Assembly: GCA_002500505.1 (NCBI GenBank)
Contig: DLRM01000064.1
Span: forward strand, 725-64,724
Length of the DNA stretch: 64,000 nucleotides
Reading direction: 5' to 3'
Source of the DNA: Planctomycetes bacterium UBA7888
Lineage (GTDB): Bacteria; Planctomycetota; UBA1135
A program made the translations under genes and the position numbers. This document shows, one piece after another, positions 48,813 through 58,518 of the stretch. A model generated the notes under the pieces. It saw only the letters and a program-made list of their open reading frames with translations. It ran no database searches and was not told where the DNA came from. Each line of letters opens with the position of its first letter. Positions within the stretch are counted from its first letter, which is position 1.

Positions 48813-49292
48813 CTACTGAACAAGTTTTCCTTGTGCGTAAGTGTACTCACCAACCTCCAAGTCCTCGTAAGCCTCTCCATCCAAAATGACGTGATCACCA
48901 ACCCATTCCAGAACCTTGGGTGCGTCAGAATTGGTTCCAGGGAAAATTAGAGAAAAAGACTCGGAAGCGAACTTACCTTCCACAACCATTTTCTCTCCTT
49001 TCGATATAGAGCCAGGGAAGTGAAGGATGGTGTCGTCAAAGGAAAAAAGGGTGTCTCCATTCCGAATGTCCAAAACAAAGCTGCGGCAGCGCCAGTCACG
49101 CCTACCCTCAATCTCCTCGAAGTCGAGTCGCCTAACTGTTGACTTGAGCACCACGTCGCCCTCTAGGGATTCCGATATTTTTCTGACAGTGGTTGTTTTC
49201 CCGTTTTGCCCCGATGTTTCCCTCTTAATACTGAATGAGCAGGAAACAAGAAAAAGGAGGAAACAAGAAGAAAAAACTCGATTGAATGTCAT
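48813..49292 (-). CDS. Small lipoprotein, unknown function
   Basis: Start at ATG 49292 (MTFNRVFSSCFLLFLVSC lipobox). The ORF-track N-terminal extension would overlap the upstream membrane-protein gene. 159 aa, no motifs. Confidence 0.45.
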   Translation of the reverse strand: MTFNRVFSSCFLLFLVSCSFSIKRETSGQNGKTTTVRKISESLEGDVVLKSTVRRLDFEEIEGRRDWRCRSFVLDIRNGDTLFSFDDTILHFPGSISKGEKMVVEGKFASESFSLIFPGTNSDAPKVLEWVGDHVILDGEAYEDLEVGEYTYAQGKLVQ

Positions 49293-49347
49293 GAAACAAG
49301 TGTAACAAAGAGTCCCTCGATGGGCCTTACAGGGCGCCTTGGTTTGA

Positions 49348-50556
49348 CTATGTGATACTGATGGTGTTAACCCATGAAAGGAGAGATGCGCATAAAAGGG
49401 CAGCGTAAATCCCAAGGACATAGCCTGCGACCGCCAAAAGAACCCCGACCGGAGCAAGAGCTGGGTGAAACGCTGATGCAACAATTGGTGCTGAAGCAGC
49501 ACCGCCAACATTGGCCTGGGAACCAACAGCAGCAAAAAAGATTGGTGCTCGTATTAGACGGCGAACGCCCATGAGAATCAAAATGTGAAAACACATCCAG
49601 AGGGCGCCAATAGTGAGTAATCCAACATTTTCAGGCTCCATCACCTTTGAAAACTCTGCCTTGGCCCCAATCGTGGCAACTAAAAGATAAAGGAAAACGC
49701 TTCCCAACTTGCTTGCACCGGCACCCTCAAGTCGACGAAGTCGAGTAAAAGAAAAAAGCATTGCAACTGAAGTCACAATAATAACCACCCATGTAAATTC
49801 CGAAACAATTTCGCTTTCTGGCAAGTAAGGTGCACTCCATTTTGCAACTGCTGTAACACCAAAGGCCAAGCCCAACATAGTCAGCAGGTCGGGAAGATTT
49901 GTAGGCCTATCAACCTCTGCTTGAAAAGATTCAACTTTTTTACGTACACGGTCAATCGCCGTTCGATCCGCACCCATCCTTGCATCCATCGCTTTCTCTC
50001 GCCCCGCAAAGGCCAAGAGAAAGGCCATCCAAATGTTTGCAATGGCAACATCAATCACAACCATTAGGGAAAGAGTTGAATCGGTAGCCCCAACAGATTC
50101 TCCAATTGCGGTAAAGTTTGCCCCACCGCCAATCCAACTCCCACAAAGAGCAGCGAGCCCCTTCCAGGCTTGGTCCCCCATCTCAACGGGGACAAGCCCT
50201 TTTAGGAGCAAGAACGCCAGGGGCCCCCCAATAACAATGCTCACCGTCGCGGCCAAAAACATAGCGACAGCAGAACGGCCTAAACCAAGAATCGCTGGTA
50301 CATCCACAGACAAAACTAGCAGCACAAGAGAAGCTGGCAATAGCCAGGACTTCACAAAAACATAAAGTTCAAAATCGTGGTCAACTGGAATCACTCCCAG
50401 ATTACTCAAGGTGGTGGGCACAAAGTAGGCAAAGACCAATAGAGGGAAAATCTTAAAAATGCGGCTTCCTAAATCGGTGGCGTTTACTGAAAAAAGAAGG
50501 GCCAAAACCCCCAGTAAAACTGCCAATACGGCCATCGGCTCTTGAATCATTGCCAC
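49348..50556 (-). CDS. Polytopic integral membrane protein (possibly DUF819-type transporter)
   Basis: 402 aa with about 11-12 hydrophobic helices. The family name comes from memory of the overall pattern only. Confidence 0.55.
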   Translation of the reverse strand: MAMIQEPMAVLAVLLGVLALLFSVNATDLGSRIFKIFPLLVFAYFVPTTLSNLGVIPVDHDFELYVFVKSWLLPASLVLLVLSVDVPAILGLGRSAVAMFLAATVSIVIGGPLAFLLLKGLVPVEMGDQAWKGLAALCGSWIGGGANFTAIGESVGATDSTLSLMVVIDVAIANIWMAFLLAFAGREKAMDARMGADRTAIDRVRKKVESFQAEVDRPTNLPDLLTMLGLAFGVTAVAKWSAPYLPESEIVSEFTWVVIIVTSVAMLFSFTRLRRLEGAGASKLGSVFLYLLVATIGAKAEFSKVMEPENVGLLTIGALWMCFHILILMGVRRLIRAPIFFAAVGSQANVGGAASAPIVASAFHPALAPVGVLLAVAGYVLGIYAALLCASLLSWVNTISIT

Positions 50557-50573
50557 AAGATAAGCCCTGCTGA

Positions 50574-51029
50574 TTAATTAAATCCTGGAGGTGGTGGAAT
50601 GGTGGGCGGTGCCTGGCCTGGAGATTGGCCAGGCTGCTGCGGAGCCTGAAGGTGGTCCAGGAAGTGGGCAGGAGAATCTACTGGTTGGTTGTCAATCTTG
50701 AGCCGAAAGATGTAAGTGCCAAATTCTTCAAAAGGCATCCCGGCAAGGCGAATGACTGCGCGTTGCTTTTGATTCCGGGCCGACAATTGAAGGTTGGGAA
50801 GAGCCATGTCCACAGTCTTTCCGGAAGGTGCCTGAACTTGAAGGGCGATTTCATACTGCCCTTCCCCATCCGTTACGCCAATCGCTACGGAAAGCATCGG
50901 CAAACGGCCCGGCAACTGTTGCGAATGGAGGGCGTCAAACATTCCAATAATGCAAAGTTTTCCGAATTCGTCGCGGAAAGCGTGGTCACAGATGTGCAGC
51001 CACTCAACAGTTGGGATGGGTTTACTCAT
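50574..51029 (-). CDS. Hypothetical protein with Pro/Gln-rich tail
   Basis: ATG 51029 (MSKPIPTVEWLHICD) avoids overlap with the upstream esterase gene. The C-terminus is QAPQQPGQSPGQAPPTIPPPPGFN. No family confidently recognised. Confidence 0.4.
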   Translation of the reverse strand: MSKPIPTVEWLHICDHAFRDEFGKLCIIGMFDALHSQQLPGRLPMLSVAIGVTDGEGQYEIALQVQAPSGKTVDMALPNLQLSARNQKQRAVIRLAGMPFEEFGTYIFRLKIDNQPVDSPAHFLDHLQAPQQPGQSPGQAPPTIPPPPGFN

Positions 51030-51057
51030 GGGTTTGTAGCTTAGCGGACGAAAGGCA

Positions 51058-52329
51058 TCAAAAGGGAGATATTCTAGAATCAAGAAGCATTTGCTCATCT
51101 CCGTAAGTAGAAGACAGCAAAAGAGAACCTAATGTAGGCTCACCTTTACCCTTCCAGATTTCTTTTTTGTTGTAAAAAACAGTGACCTCGTTTTTCAAAT
51201 TGAACAGTTCGCCAGGAAGAAAAATCTGAAGGCCCATGGGTTTTGTATTGCTCTCAACAAAAATACTATTGGAGTCTGTTTCCATGCGCACAATCATGGT
51301 TTCCCCTAATCGCGGTTGGGGCCAATAAAGCCAATACCATCGGCGTTTCCAATCTAGGGCAGGTTGCCACACCAATTTCTTGGGGAAGGGGATACGAGAG
51401 AATGGTTTTATCTTCTCCAGCTGCGCGATTGAACCACCTGGAGGGGCACCGTGGCCCACACCATTAACCTCCCAATAGGTGAAATCTGAGTAGCCACCCC
51501 ACTTCTCGCAGGCTTCTGTGACGCGTTGGACAGCAAACTGGTTGATGTCGGGCGGAACCTGTAAATCGTCTAACGATTGAAAAACAACCATGGGAAGGTT
51601 TCGGACATTGGGAATGACTCCCTCCTGGATATCAATGAGCTCCTTCTGATAGTTATAGACGGGAGTTGGAGCACCAGCAGAGGGAGCTGCTGCAGCAAGG
51701 CGGTCAGCATGGTGGGCACCGAGCACCCAGGTCCCATATCCCCCCATGGAATGGCCACCGAAGAAAACCTGATCGTGGGGGATATCCCAGGTTCGAAGTG
51801 CCGACTCCATGAGACCAAGAACCCACTCCTCCGTTCCTGAATCCGTCCAACCGTATTCTGTCGCCTCAAGGGCTTGCGGGAAAATGGCCAGCCAGCCTAG
51901 TTTTTTTGCGGGAGCATTGTGGTTACCAAAAGAGCCTCTGGCATCCGCACTCCCAATTCCGCCCCCGTGAAAAGAAATGAGCAAAGCTTTCGGTTTCTTG
52001 GTTTCTCCCCCAATAATGAAACGGCCTCGACCTTCCTCTTCCCAAGTCCAATATTCGCCAGCTTTCTTTGTTAGCTCAGATCGCTTAGAAGCGATTTTAA
52101 GAAGCTCCTTCCTCCACCGCTTCTTCTTGGAGCTGGTATCGAGAGGAAAAGAGTCGAGTTGCTGAACAATTTCTAAGCCCCTCTGGGCTTCGGGCTCTTC
52201 CTGGAAGTTCAAAGAAAAAAATTCATTCACAAGCTTGCGCGTTTCCCGAAGATTCGGTGCTTTCTCCTGGGGAAAACCCAAAGAAAGTGAGGGAAAACAG
52301 GAGAGCGCAAGGAGAGGGAGGATTGTCAT
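51058..52329 (-). CDS. Secreted alpha/beta-hydrolase (esterase/peptidase S9-like)
   Basis: Signal peptide MTILPLLALSCFPSLSLG at ATG 52329. FHGGG oxyanion-like motif and nucleophile elbow GGHSMGGYG. Confidence 0.68.
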   Translation of the reverse strand: MTILPLLALSCFPSLSLGFPQEKAPNLRETRKLVNEFFSLNFQEEPEAQRGLEIVQQLDSFPLDTSSKKKRWRKELLKIASKRSELTKKAGEYWTWEEEGRGRFIIGGETKKPKALLISFHGGGIGSADARGSFGNHNAPAKKLGWLAIFPQALEATEYGWTDSGTEEWVLGLMESALRTWDIPHDQVFFGGHSMGGYGTWVLGAHHADRLAAAAPSAGAPTPVYNYQKELIDIQEGVIPNVRNLPMVVFQSLDDLQVPPDINQFAVQRVTEACEKWGGYSDFTYWEVNGVGHGAPPGGSIAQLEKIKPFSRIPFPKKLVWQPALDWKRRWYWLYWPQPRLGETMIVRMETDSNSIFVESNTKPMGLQIFLPGELFNLKNEVTVFYNKKEIWKGKGEPTLGSLLLSSTYGDEQMLLDSRISPF

Positions 52330-52330
52330 C

Positions 52331-53071
52331 TCACCTGCGGTGAACGATTCCCGCGGAGGCTTGGTCAGTCGGCAAAAGAAGTACTTCAGCCGCATTGACA
52401 TGCTCGGGACGGGTTGCAACCCACAAAACCGTTTCAGCGACATCTTCAGCCGCGAGAGGAGTCATGCCTTCGTAGGTGCGGCCAGCGCGTTCGGTGTCGC
52501 CATGAAAACGAACTGTAGAGAATTCGGTATTCACAAGGCCGGGGTCCACCGAACTGACCCGAACACCCGTACCGCAAGCATCTTTACGCAATGCACGCGT
52601 AATAGCGGTAACGGCGTGCTTCGAGGCGCAATAGGCGGCGCCATTGGGATAGGCTTCATGGCCTGCAATGGAACCAATGTTGATGACTTGTCCCCCACCA
52701 TTTTCAATCATGCGCGGAAGAATGGCGCGAGACACATGCAAAAGTCCTTTGACATTTGTGTCTAACATTTCATTCCAGTCTTCAAGCTTTCCCTCCCAAA
52801 GAGGTTCAAATCCGCGAGACAGGCCTGCATTGTTGAGGAGAAGGTGAGGAGTAGGGACTTCTGAAAGTGCTCCTTCTACCGCATGGCTTTCGCGAACATC
52901 CAAGGGGAAAGTGTGAATGCGTTCTTGAAGTTCCGATTGAAGCTTTCCCAAACGATCTTCCCTGCGGCCACAACACCAAACCTCCCAACCCTCAGCATGA
53001 AAGACATGCACACACGCACGCCCAATACCAGCGGTTGCACCGGTGATGAGAATGCGTTTTACTTCGGCCAT
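52331..53071 (-). CDS. Short-chain dehydrogenase/reductase (YdfG-like)
   Basis: ITGATAGIGRA Rossmann motif, NNAG, and catalytic S...YCASK. The ATG at 53071 overlaps the thrS stop by 1 nt. Confidence 0.85.
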   Translation of the reverse strand: MAEVKRILITGATAGIGRACVHVFHAEGWEVWCCGRREDRLGKLQSELQERIHTFPLDVRESHAVEGALSEVPTPHLLLNNAGLSRGFEPLWEGKLEDWNEMLDTNVKGLLHVSRAILPRMIENGGGQVINIGSIAGHEAYPNGAAYCASKHAVTAITRALRKDACGTGVRVSSVDPGLVNTEFSTVRFHGDTERAGRTYEGMTPLAAEDVAETVLWVATRPEHVNAAEVLLLPTDQASAGIVHRR

Positions 53072-54831
53072 CAATACTCCAAAGACTTGGTATCCCGTTT
53101 TTCAGCTAGGAGAGCGAGGAAGTCGCCCGTTGAGAGCGTTCTCTGCTCCTTCACACCGTGCACACGAAGGTTAACGGCAGACTCTTCAACCTCCCTGCCA
53201 CCGAGGACCGCCATATAGGGGATTTTCTCCAACTCAGATTCTCTCACGCGCTTGCGCAGAGGGCCATCCGTCTTGAGAACACAATTAAAACCGGCTTCTT
53301 GAATCTGAGCCTGTAACTCTCGTGCAGCCTCTTCTTGCTCTTCGGTAATGGGCAAGACTGCAACCGGAGTGGGACAAATCCACACTGGGAACCAAGCGGC
53401 AAAGTGCTCGATTAAGCCCCCCACAAATCGCTCGAGGGAGCCAAAGATGGCACGGTGCACCATGACGGGCCGTTTGAGTTCGTTGTCGGAGTCGTTGAAC
53501 TCCAAATCGAATCGCTCAGGTAGGTTGAAGTCAACCTGAACAGTAGGGCCTTGCCACTCTCGTCCAAGTGCATCGCGAAGTTTGAAGTCAATTTTCGGAC
53601 CGTAAAAAACACCGCCACCAGGATCGTCTTCTAAAGGAAGTTCTTGGCGTGAAGCCGCACCTTTCAAAGAATCCAGGGCGTGCTCCCAGATTTCGTCCGT
53701 ACCCAAATACTTTTCAGGGCGAGTCGCCAAATAAGCGGTGTACTCATAACCAAAAGTAGACAGGATCGTGTGCACCAATTTGAGGACATCCACCAGCTCG
53801 TCTTCAAGTTGGTCCGGAGTACAGAAAATGTGGGCGTCGTCTTGGGTGAAACCGCGAACGCGCAACATGCCGTGCAATGTTCCGCTGGGCTCGTAGCGAT
53901 AAACCGTTCCCAACTCGGCAAAGCGCTTGGGCAGGTCGCGGTAACTGTGCCGCCGGGAATTGAAAATCGCAACATGGGCTGGACAGTTCATCGGCTTAAC
54001 GCGATGTGGGCGTCCATCCACATCCATCGGTGCCCAAATCATGTCGGCGTAGTTTTGGAGGTGGCCCGATTGACGGAAGACGGGTTCCCCTGCAACATGA
54101 GGGGTGTAAACCGGCCAATAGCCACGTGCCTGATGAAGATCCCACCACCACTGCTCTAGAGTGCGCCGTACATGACCAAGTTTGGGGTGCCAAAAGACAA
54201 GGCCTGCACCAAAGTCCGAATTTAGGGAGAACAAATCCAATTCGCGGCCCAGCTTTCGATGATCGCGCTTTTGAACTTCTTCCAAAAAGGCCATGTATTT
54301 TTTGAGATCCTTCTTGTTCCACCACGCTGTCCCGTAGACGCGTTGAAGCATGGCTTTCTCCGAATCGCCCCGCCAATAAGCTCCAGCAGCAGAGAGAAGT
54401 TTGAATGAGTCAGTTCGGATTTGAGAGGCGGACTCCACATGGGGACCGGCACACAAGTCAGCCCAAGTGCCGTGGTCATAGAACGAGACTTCGTCGTCCT
54501 CTGGAATGTCCTCTAGAAGTTCGGCCTTGTAGATTTGGCCGTTTTCTGCAAATTGGGCAGCGGCGGCTTCACGCGTCATGGTTGAACGAGTGAACTCCCC
54601 AGCCTCAGCCAAAATCTTGCGCATTTCCTCTTCAATGGCGGGAAGATCCTCATCCGTGAGGGCGCGGGGCAAATCAAAGTCATAGTAAAAACCATGCTCA
54701 ATCGGAGGACCAATCGCCACCTTTCCTTCCGGAAAGATGCGCAAAACCGCATCGGCCATAATGTGGCTGACCGAGTGGCGGAGGGCTTCGAGGGAGACGG
54801 GACCGTTTTGGGGTTCGAATGGAAGCGACAT
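53071..54831 (-). CDS. thrS: Threonine--tRNA ligase (no N-terminal TGS domain)
   Basis: Starts within the N2/editing region (LRHSVSHIMADAV...GFYYDFD). Class II core FRYEPSGTLHGMLRVRGFTQDDAHIF, plus a C-terminal anticodon-binding domain. 586 aa. Confidence 0.92.
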   Translation of the reverse strand: MSLPFEPQNGPVSLEALRHSVSHIMADAVLRIFPEGKVAIGPPIEHGFYYDFDLPRALTDEDLPAIEEEMRKILAEAGEFTRSTMTREAAAAQFAENGQIYKAELLEDIPEDDEVSFYDHGTWADLCAGPHVESASQIRTDSFKLLSAAGAYWRGDSEKAMLQRVYGTAWWNKKDLKKYMAFLEEVQKRDHRKLGRELDLFSLNSDFGAGLVFWHPKLGHVRRTLEQWWWDLHQARGYWPVYTPHVAGEPVFRQSGHLQNYADMIWAPMDVDGRPHRVKPMNCPAHVAIFNSRRHSYRDLPKRFAELGTVYRYEPSGTLHGMLRVRGFTQDDAHIFCTPDQLEDELVDVLKLVHTILSTFGYEYTAYLATRPEKYLGTDEIWEHALDSLKGAASRQELPLEDDPGGGVFYGPKIDFKLRDALGREWQGPTVQVDFNLPERFDLEFNDSDNELKRPVMVHRAIFGSLERFVGGLIEHFAAWFPVWICPTPVAVLPITEEQEEAARELQAQIQEAGFNCVLKTDGPLRKRVRESELEKIPYMAVLGGREVEESAVNLRVHGVKEQRTLSTGDFLALLAEKRDTKSLEY

Positions 54832-54939
54832 TTTCGTTTCCCGCCAGCCGTACCTGGGCCGCGCGGGACTGGGATTCTATCAGTGCTGGGTTGAGGATTG
54901 GCCACAAGCCTTCCCCTTCAAAGCCGCCCTCTTGCCCCC

Positions 54940-56460
54940 CTACCGCCAAGCGAGGGTGCTGACATTGCGAGCGTTCGGAAGCTGGATCCCAGAAATTGGC
55001 GACAGAGTGCTCGCATCCAGGAATTGGATGTCACCGGCAATGGCTCCATAAGTGCCTACGGCAATGACGTCTTCCTCGGGGGAAAGAGAACACTCCCAGG
55101 CTTCTTCTAAATCTAATGATGGAGATGAAATGATTTGAAAACCTGTTCCTTGGCCAGGGGAATAGTCCAAGCGCGTTACCCACCCCTGCGCACTCGTTGC
55201 AGCATTGTTACCAAATCCAGAAACAATCATAAAGTCATCAACGTTTGAAGCAGAAAGACAAGTCGGCGCAGAACCCAGCATGACAGGCGGGTCAGAAGTT
55301 TCTCCTATGTCCTGCACTCCAGCCAGCAGGGTGTTGTGGTCAATCCAAGCACCTTGGCCAAAAGAGTAGCGCGCGATTTCTCCATTGACACTCCCCGTGT
55401 GCTGAATTGCGACGAACAATTCGCCCCCATTACTGGACCATGCGGAATCGGTGTTGACAACGAACATGGAACCACCATGATTGGGCACTTCAACAGTCAT
55501 GATTTTTTGAAGATAATTTGGACTCGCCGGGTCCAAGTTCCAAATATAGATATCATCCCCAAAAACTTGGTGAACAGCGGCAAGCTTTTTATTAGGAGCC
55601 ATGCTCCAAATTTCAACGTGACCAAGAGCGTTGGCGCCATTCGTGCGCGCAATAATCGAACCATAATTCGGGCTTGCCGAATCTGCATCGTATCCCGTCA
55701 ACTCATACTGCCCTGTACTGACATCCTTCACCAAAGACCAAAGCCGCTTGAGATCCGGGTCATACTCCATTCCATAAGCAGAATCCCAAAGTGTCGCAAA
55801 AGTGCTCCAAACAGCACTTCCACTTTGGAAGTTTGCATGTTGAATGGAATCTCTCATGATCGGAACGAAAAGATCCATGCCACCTGGGGTATAAGCTGCG
55901 CCATGGATATTAAAATAAACACTCCCATTGTCAGAAAGTTGGTGCTGAAGACCGTCCACTAAATACCAAGGGCTGTTGTAACCGGCGTTACAGCCTACAA
56001 ATACTTGAGGCTGCAAAGTGAGAATCACTTCAATTCCATTGGTAGTTGCCCATCCCCCCATTGCTCCACTGTCCCTGACAGCAGTTTGAGCGAAGTAACT
56101 GCGGCCAACCAGTAAAGGGTTCATAGGAGGAACAGCGAGGGGAATACTTGCCGATCCCGCGCCTGGAGTTCCAGCTGCCCCATTAAGGAGGAGGGGCTGA
56201 GTAAACACCATTGCGCTTAAATCCATCCATAAAGGCGCACCATTAAAAGTAGCAATGTCGGGGCGGGCGGAAATACCAAAGTAAGCTTGGGCGCCACCCA
56301 GACCATTTGAGATTTCAAAACTAAAACTGGGGCGACCCATCCAAGCTTGAGGGCACGACAGGGAAGGAGTCAGGCCACCACTACCCGGTCCTCCATCGCC
56401 AATGGAGTTCTGCGCAAGAAGAGGGGTCGAAAAGAGAAACAAGAACGAAAGAAAACGCAT
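54940..56460 (-). CDS. Secreted hypothetical protein (possible beta-propeller)
   Basis: Signal peptide MRFLSFLFLFSTPLLAQ. 506 aa, G/S/N/W-rich with repetitive beta-strand-like segments. No motifs recognised. Confidence 0.4.
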   Translation of the reverse strand: MRFLSFLFLFSTPLLAQNSIGDGGPGSGGLTPSLSCPQAWMGRPSFSFEISNGLGGAQAYFGISARPDIATFNGAPLWMDLSAMVFTQPLLLNGAAGTPGAGSASIPLAVPPMNPLLVGRSYFAQTAVRDSGAMGGWATTNGIEVILTLQPQVFVGCNAGYNSPWYLVDGLQHQLSDNGSVYFNIHGAAYTPGGMDLFVPIMRDSIQHANFQSGSAVWSTFATLWDSAYGMEYDPDLKRLWSLVKDVSTGQYELTGYDADSASPNYGSIIARTNGANALGHVEIWSMAPNKKLAAVHQVFGDDIYIWNLDPASPNYLQKIMTVEVPNHGGSMFVVNTDSAWSSNGGELFVAIQHTGSVNGEIARYSFGQGAWIDHNTLLAGVQDIGETSDPPVMLGSAPTCLSASNVDDFMIVSGFGNNAATSAQGWVTRLDYSPGQGTGFQIISSPSLDLEEAWECSLSPEEDVIAVGTYGAIAGDIQFLDASTLSPISGIQLPNARNVSTLAWR

Positions 56461-56518
56461 AGGACAGGAGGGGTTGAGAGTGAACCCGGGGGCATTTCCA
56501 GCTTAAAGGAAGAGGAGC

Positions 56519-57634
56519 TTATTCGCCAGACTTGGAGAAGATTCCCGCCAAGAGGAAATTGCGGGTGGCCTCAACCACCTCAGGTGCGCGCATGATGAAG
56601 GTGTGAGCCCGCTCAACGAGGAGAAAGTCGGTAGCACCGGGGAGACGAGTTTCCTCGACTGTGACCACGCCATCATCGTCTCCCACCAGAAGGGGATTCC
56701 ACCCACGGTCATCGTTTTTTCCACCAGCAATCACACCAAACTCGCAGGGGGGAACGGGTATACGCTCCGCCTCTACTCCACTCGCAGTCACATCTTGGCC
56801 GCTTGGACCGGCAAGCCACTCAAAGGGCATAAAGTCTTTCAAGGTCTCAGCAACCGCGGAACCTTGGCTAGGGGGAGCAAGCATGACAATTCGCCCCAAA
56901 CGCAAGCGTGTGCGCCAAGCATCGCCCTGCCGCGCCAACAAAGTCCTTACAACGAGTCCACCCAAGCTATGCGTCACGAAAGAAACTTCGAGAACCCCTT
57001 CGACCCGGTCCAAAAGGTGCGCAAGTTGTTGAGCATGTTCATCCAAAGAGCGGCGGGTACTTGGATAAACCAATGTGGCGACATCGAACCCTGAAACCTC
57101 CAACCTTTCTTGCATGGAAGCAAAGGAACCACCAGCTCGACCTAGACCATGCAAAAAGATGACCAAACGCTCCGAAGCCTCCGGCAAGTTTTCAGAAATG
57201 CGAATACCTTCAAAAGCACTACGGCATTCTTCCCAAGTTCCCCACGCATGGCGCACTCGATCGGGAGAAATGAGGCGAAAGTATCCAGCGTATACATGTT
57301 CCTGAATCCGCCATCCACCCCGCCAAAAGACATCCGCCCAAAGTTGAAGCCCCCCAAGGGTTGGGAGAGGCAAGTTGGGCCTGCCTTCACCGTAGCGTTG
57401 AAAAAGACGCTCTGCGAGTTTCTGTTCGCACTCTTCAAGAGTGCCCTCCAACAAAAGCTCTTCCCCTTCGAGAAGCTGGAACCGCTCCCCCGATGAATCG
57501 GAGAGAATCGAATGCCCTAATACAGAAGGGCGTGGTGACGAAAATTCGGGAGAAGACATTTTGGGGATAGATTGCGGGTCAGGGACTTGGCAGGATGAAA
57601 CGCAGAAGAAAATGAAAAGAAGCCCAATCCTCAT
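56519..57634 (-). CDS. Lipoprotein alpha/beta-hydrolase (lipase/PGAP1-like)
   Basis: Lipobox LLFIFFCVSSC, VIFLHGLGR, and nucleophile elbow THSLGG. The ATG overlaps the murB stop (ATGA). Confidence 0.62.
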   Translation of the reverse strand: MRIGLLFIFFCVSSCQVPDPQSIPKMSSPEFSSPRPSVLGHSILSDSSGERFQLLEGEELLLEGTLEECEQKLAERLFQRYGEGRPNLPLPTLGGLQLWADVFWRGGWRIQEHVYAGYFRLISPDRVRHAWGTWEECRSAFEGIRISENLPEASERLVIFLHGLGRAGGSFASMQERLEVSGFDVATLVYPSTRRSLDEHAQQLAHLLDRVEGVLEVSFVTHSLGGLVVRTLLARQGDAWRTRLRLGRIVMLAPPSQGSAVAETLKDFMPFEWLAGPSGQDVTASGVEAERIPVPPCEFGVIAGGKNDDRGWNPLLVGDDDGVVTVEETRLPGATDFLLVERAHTFIMRAPEVVEATRNFLLAGIFSKSGE

Positions 57635-58518
57635 CGGGCCGGCACAATCACAATTTCACGTTCAAGTTTCACTCCATGTTCTTGGAAAACAGTGGCCTCC
57701 ACTTTCTCTAAAAGGGTTAAAAAATCATGGGCAGTGGCAGACCCGTCATTCACCATAAAGTTAGCGTGGCGCTCCGAGACACTCATTCCACCTACGGTTG
57801 TCCCTTTAAGACCAGAAGAATCGATGAGTCGACCTGCACTATCACCAGGAGGATTTTTGTAGGCACAACCAGCGCTCGAAAGAGTAACGGGTTGGGTTTG
57901 ACTTTTCTTGCGAAGTAAGCTCTCTTGCTTTATTTTGATTTGGGCGGGATTACGGCTCTCAAATTGAAGCAGAGCTTCGAGTAAGACACCTTCACCAAGA
58001 TTTCCGTGGCGGTAAGAGGGTTGGACGTCCTCTCTCGTTTTGGAAACTAATCCGTCAGGGGTCCAAAGGGTTACCTCTGCCACAAGTTCCCAAATACCCC
58101 AATCGGCAGTTCCGGCATTCATTGCGATGGCGCCGCCAAGATTCCCTGGCACCCCCATCAAACTTTCCATGCCGGAAAGTCCCAGCTCAGATGTTGCCCG
58201 AACAAGTTGTTGAATGGTGACACCTGGCCAAACTCGAATGGTGTTCTCTTCGCGAAACATACGGCGCATGGCTCCGGTATGAACAACAACTGAAAGACCC
58301 TCATCCGGGAAACAAACATTGGCGCCGCCGCCAAGAATGAACCAATCAACCCGGTCGGCATAAAGCTGTGTCAACAAAGCCCCCATGTGCTCGGGCTTCG
58401 CCGGTTCGAAAAACAGCTCCGCTTCGCCCCCTATTCGGAGTGCACAAAAATCACGCAGAGAAACCTTGCGTCTCAGTGCGCAAAGTTCGGCGTACTCCTG
58501 AATTTTTTTCTCGTTCAT
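57631..58518 (-). CDS. murB: UDP-N-acetylenolpyruvoylglucosamine reductase
   Basis: FAD-binding ILGGGANV; SAGCAYKNP and GGMSVSERHANFMVN match MurB signature regions. 295 aa. Confidence 0.9.
   Translation of the reverse strand: MNEKKIQEYAELCALRRKVSLRDFCALRIGGEAELFFEPAKPEHMGALLTQLYADRVDWFILGGGANVCFPDEGLSVVVHTGAMRRMFREENTIRVWPGVTIQQLVRATSELGLSGMESLMGVPGNLGGAIAMNAGTADWGIWELVAEVTLWTPDGLVSKTREDVQPSYRHGNLGEGVLLEALLQFESRNPAQIKIKQESLLRKKSQTQPVTLSSAGCAYKNPPGDSAGRLIDSSGLKGTTVGGMSVSERHANFMVNDGSATAHDFLTLLEKVEATVFQEHGVKLEREIVIVPAR

Noticed and set aside
58451-58518. 68-nt overlap between the murG::murC 3' end and the murB 5' end as evidence of a frameshift or a triple fusion
   Set aside because: The two frames differ. 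MurB has a normal N-terminus at ATG 58518. The MurC part already contains its terminal GAGDI region before the overlap. The tail is probably a harmless extension, or murB uses the annotated start.
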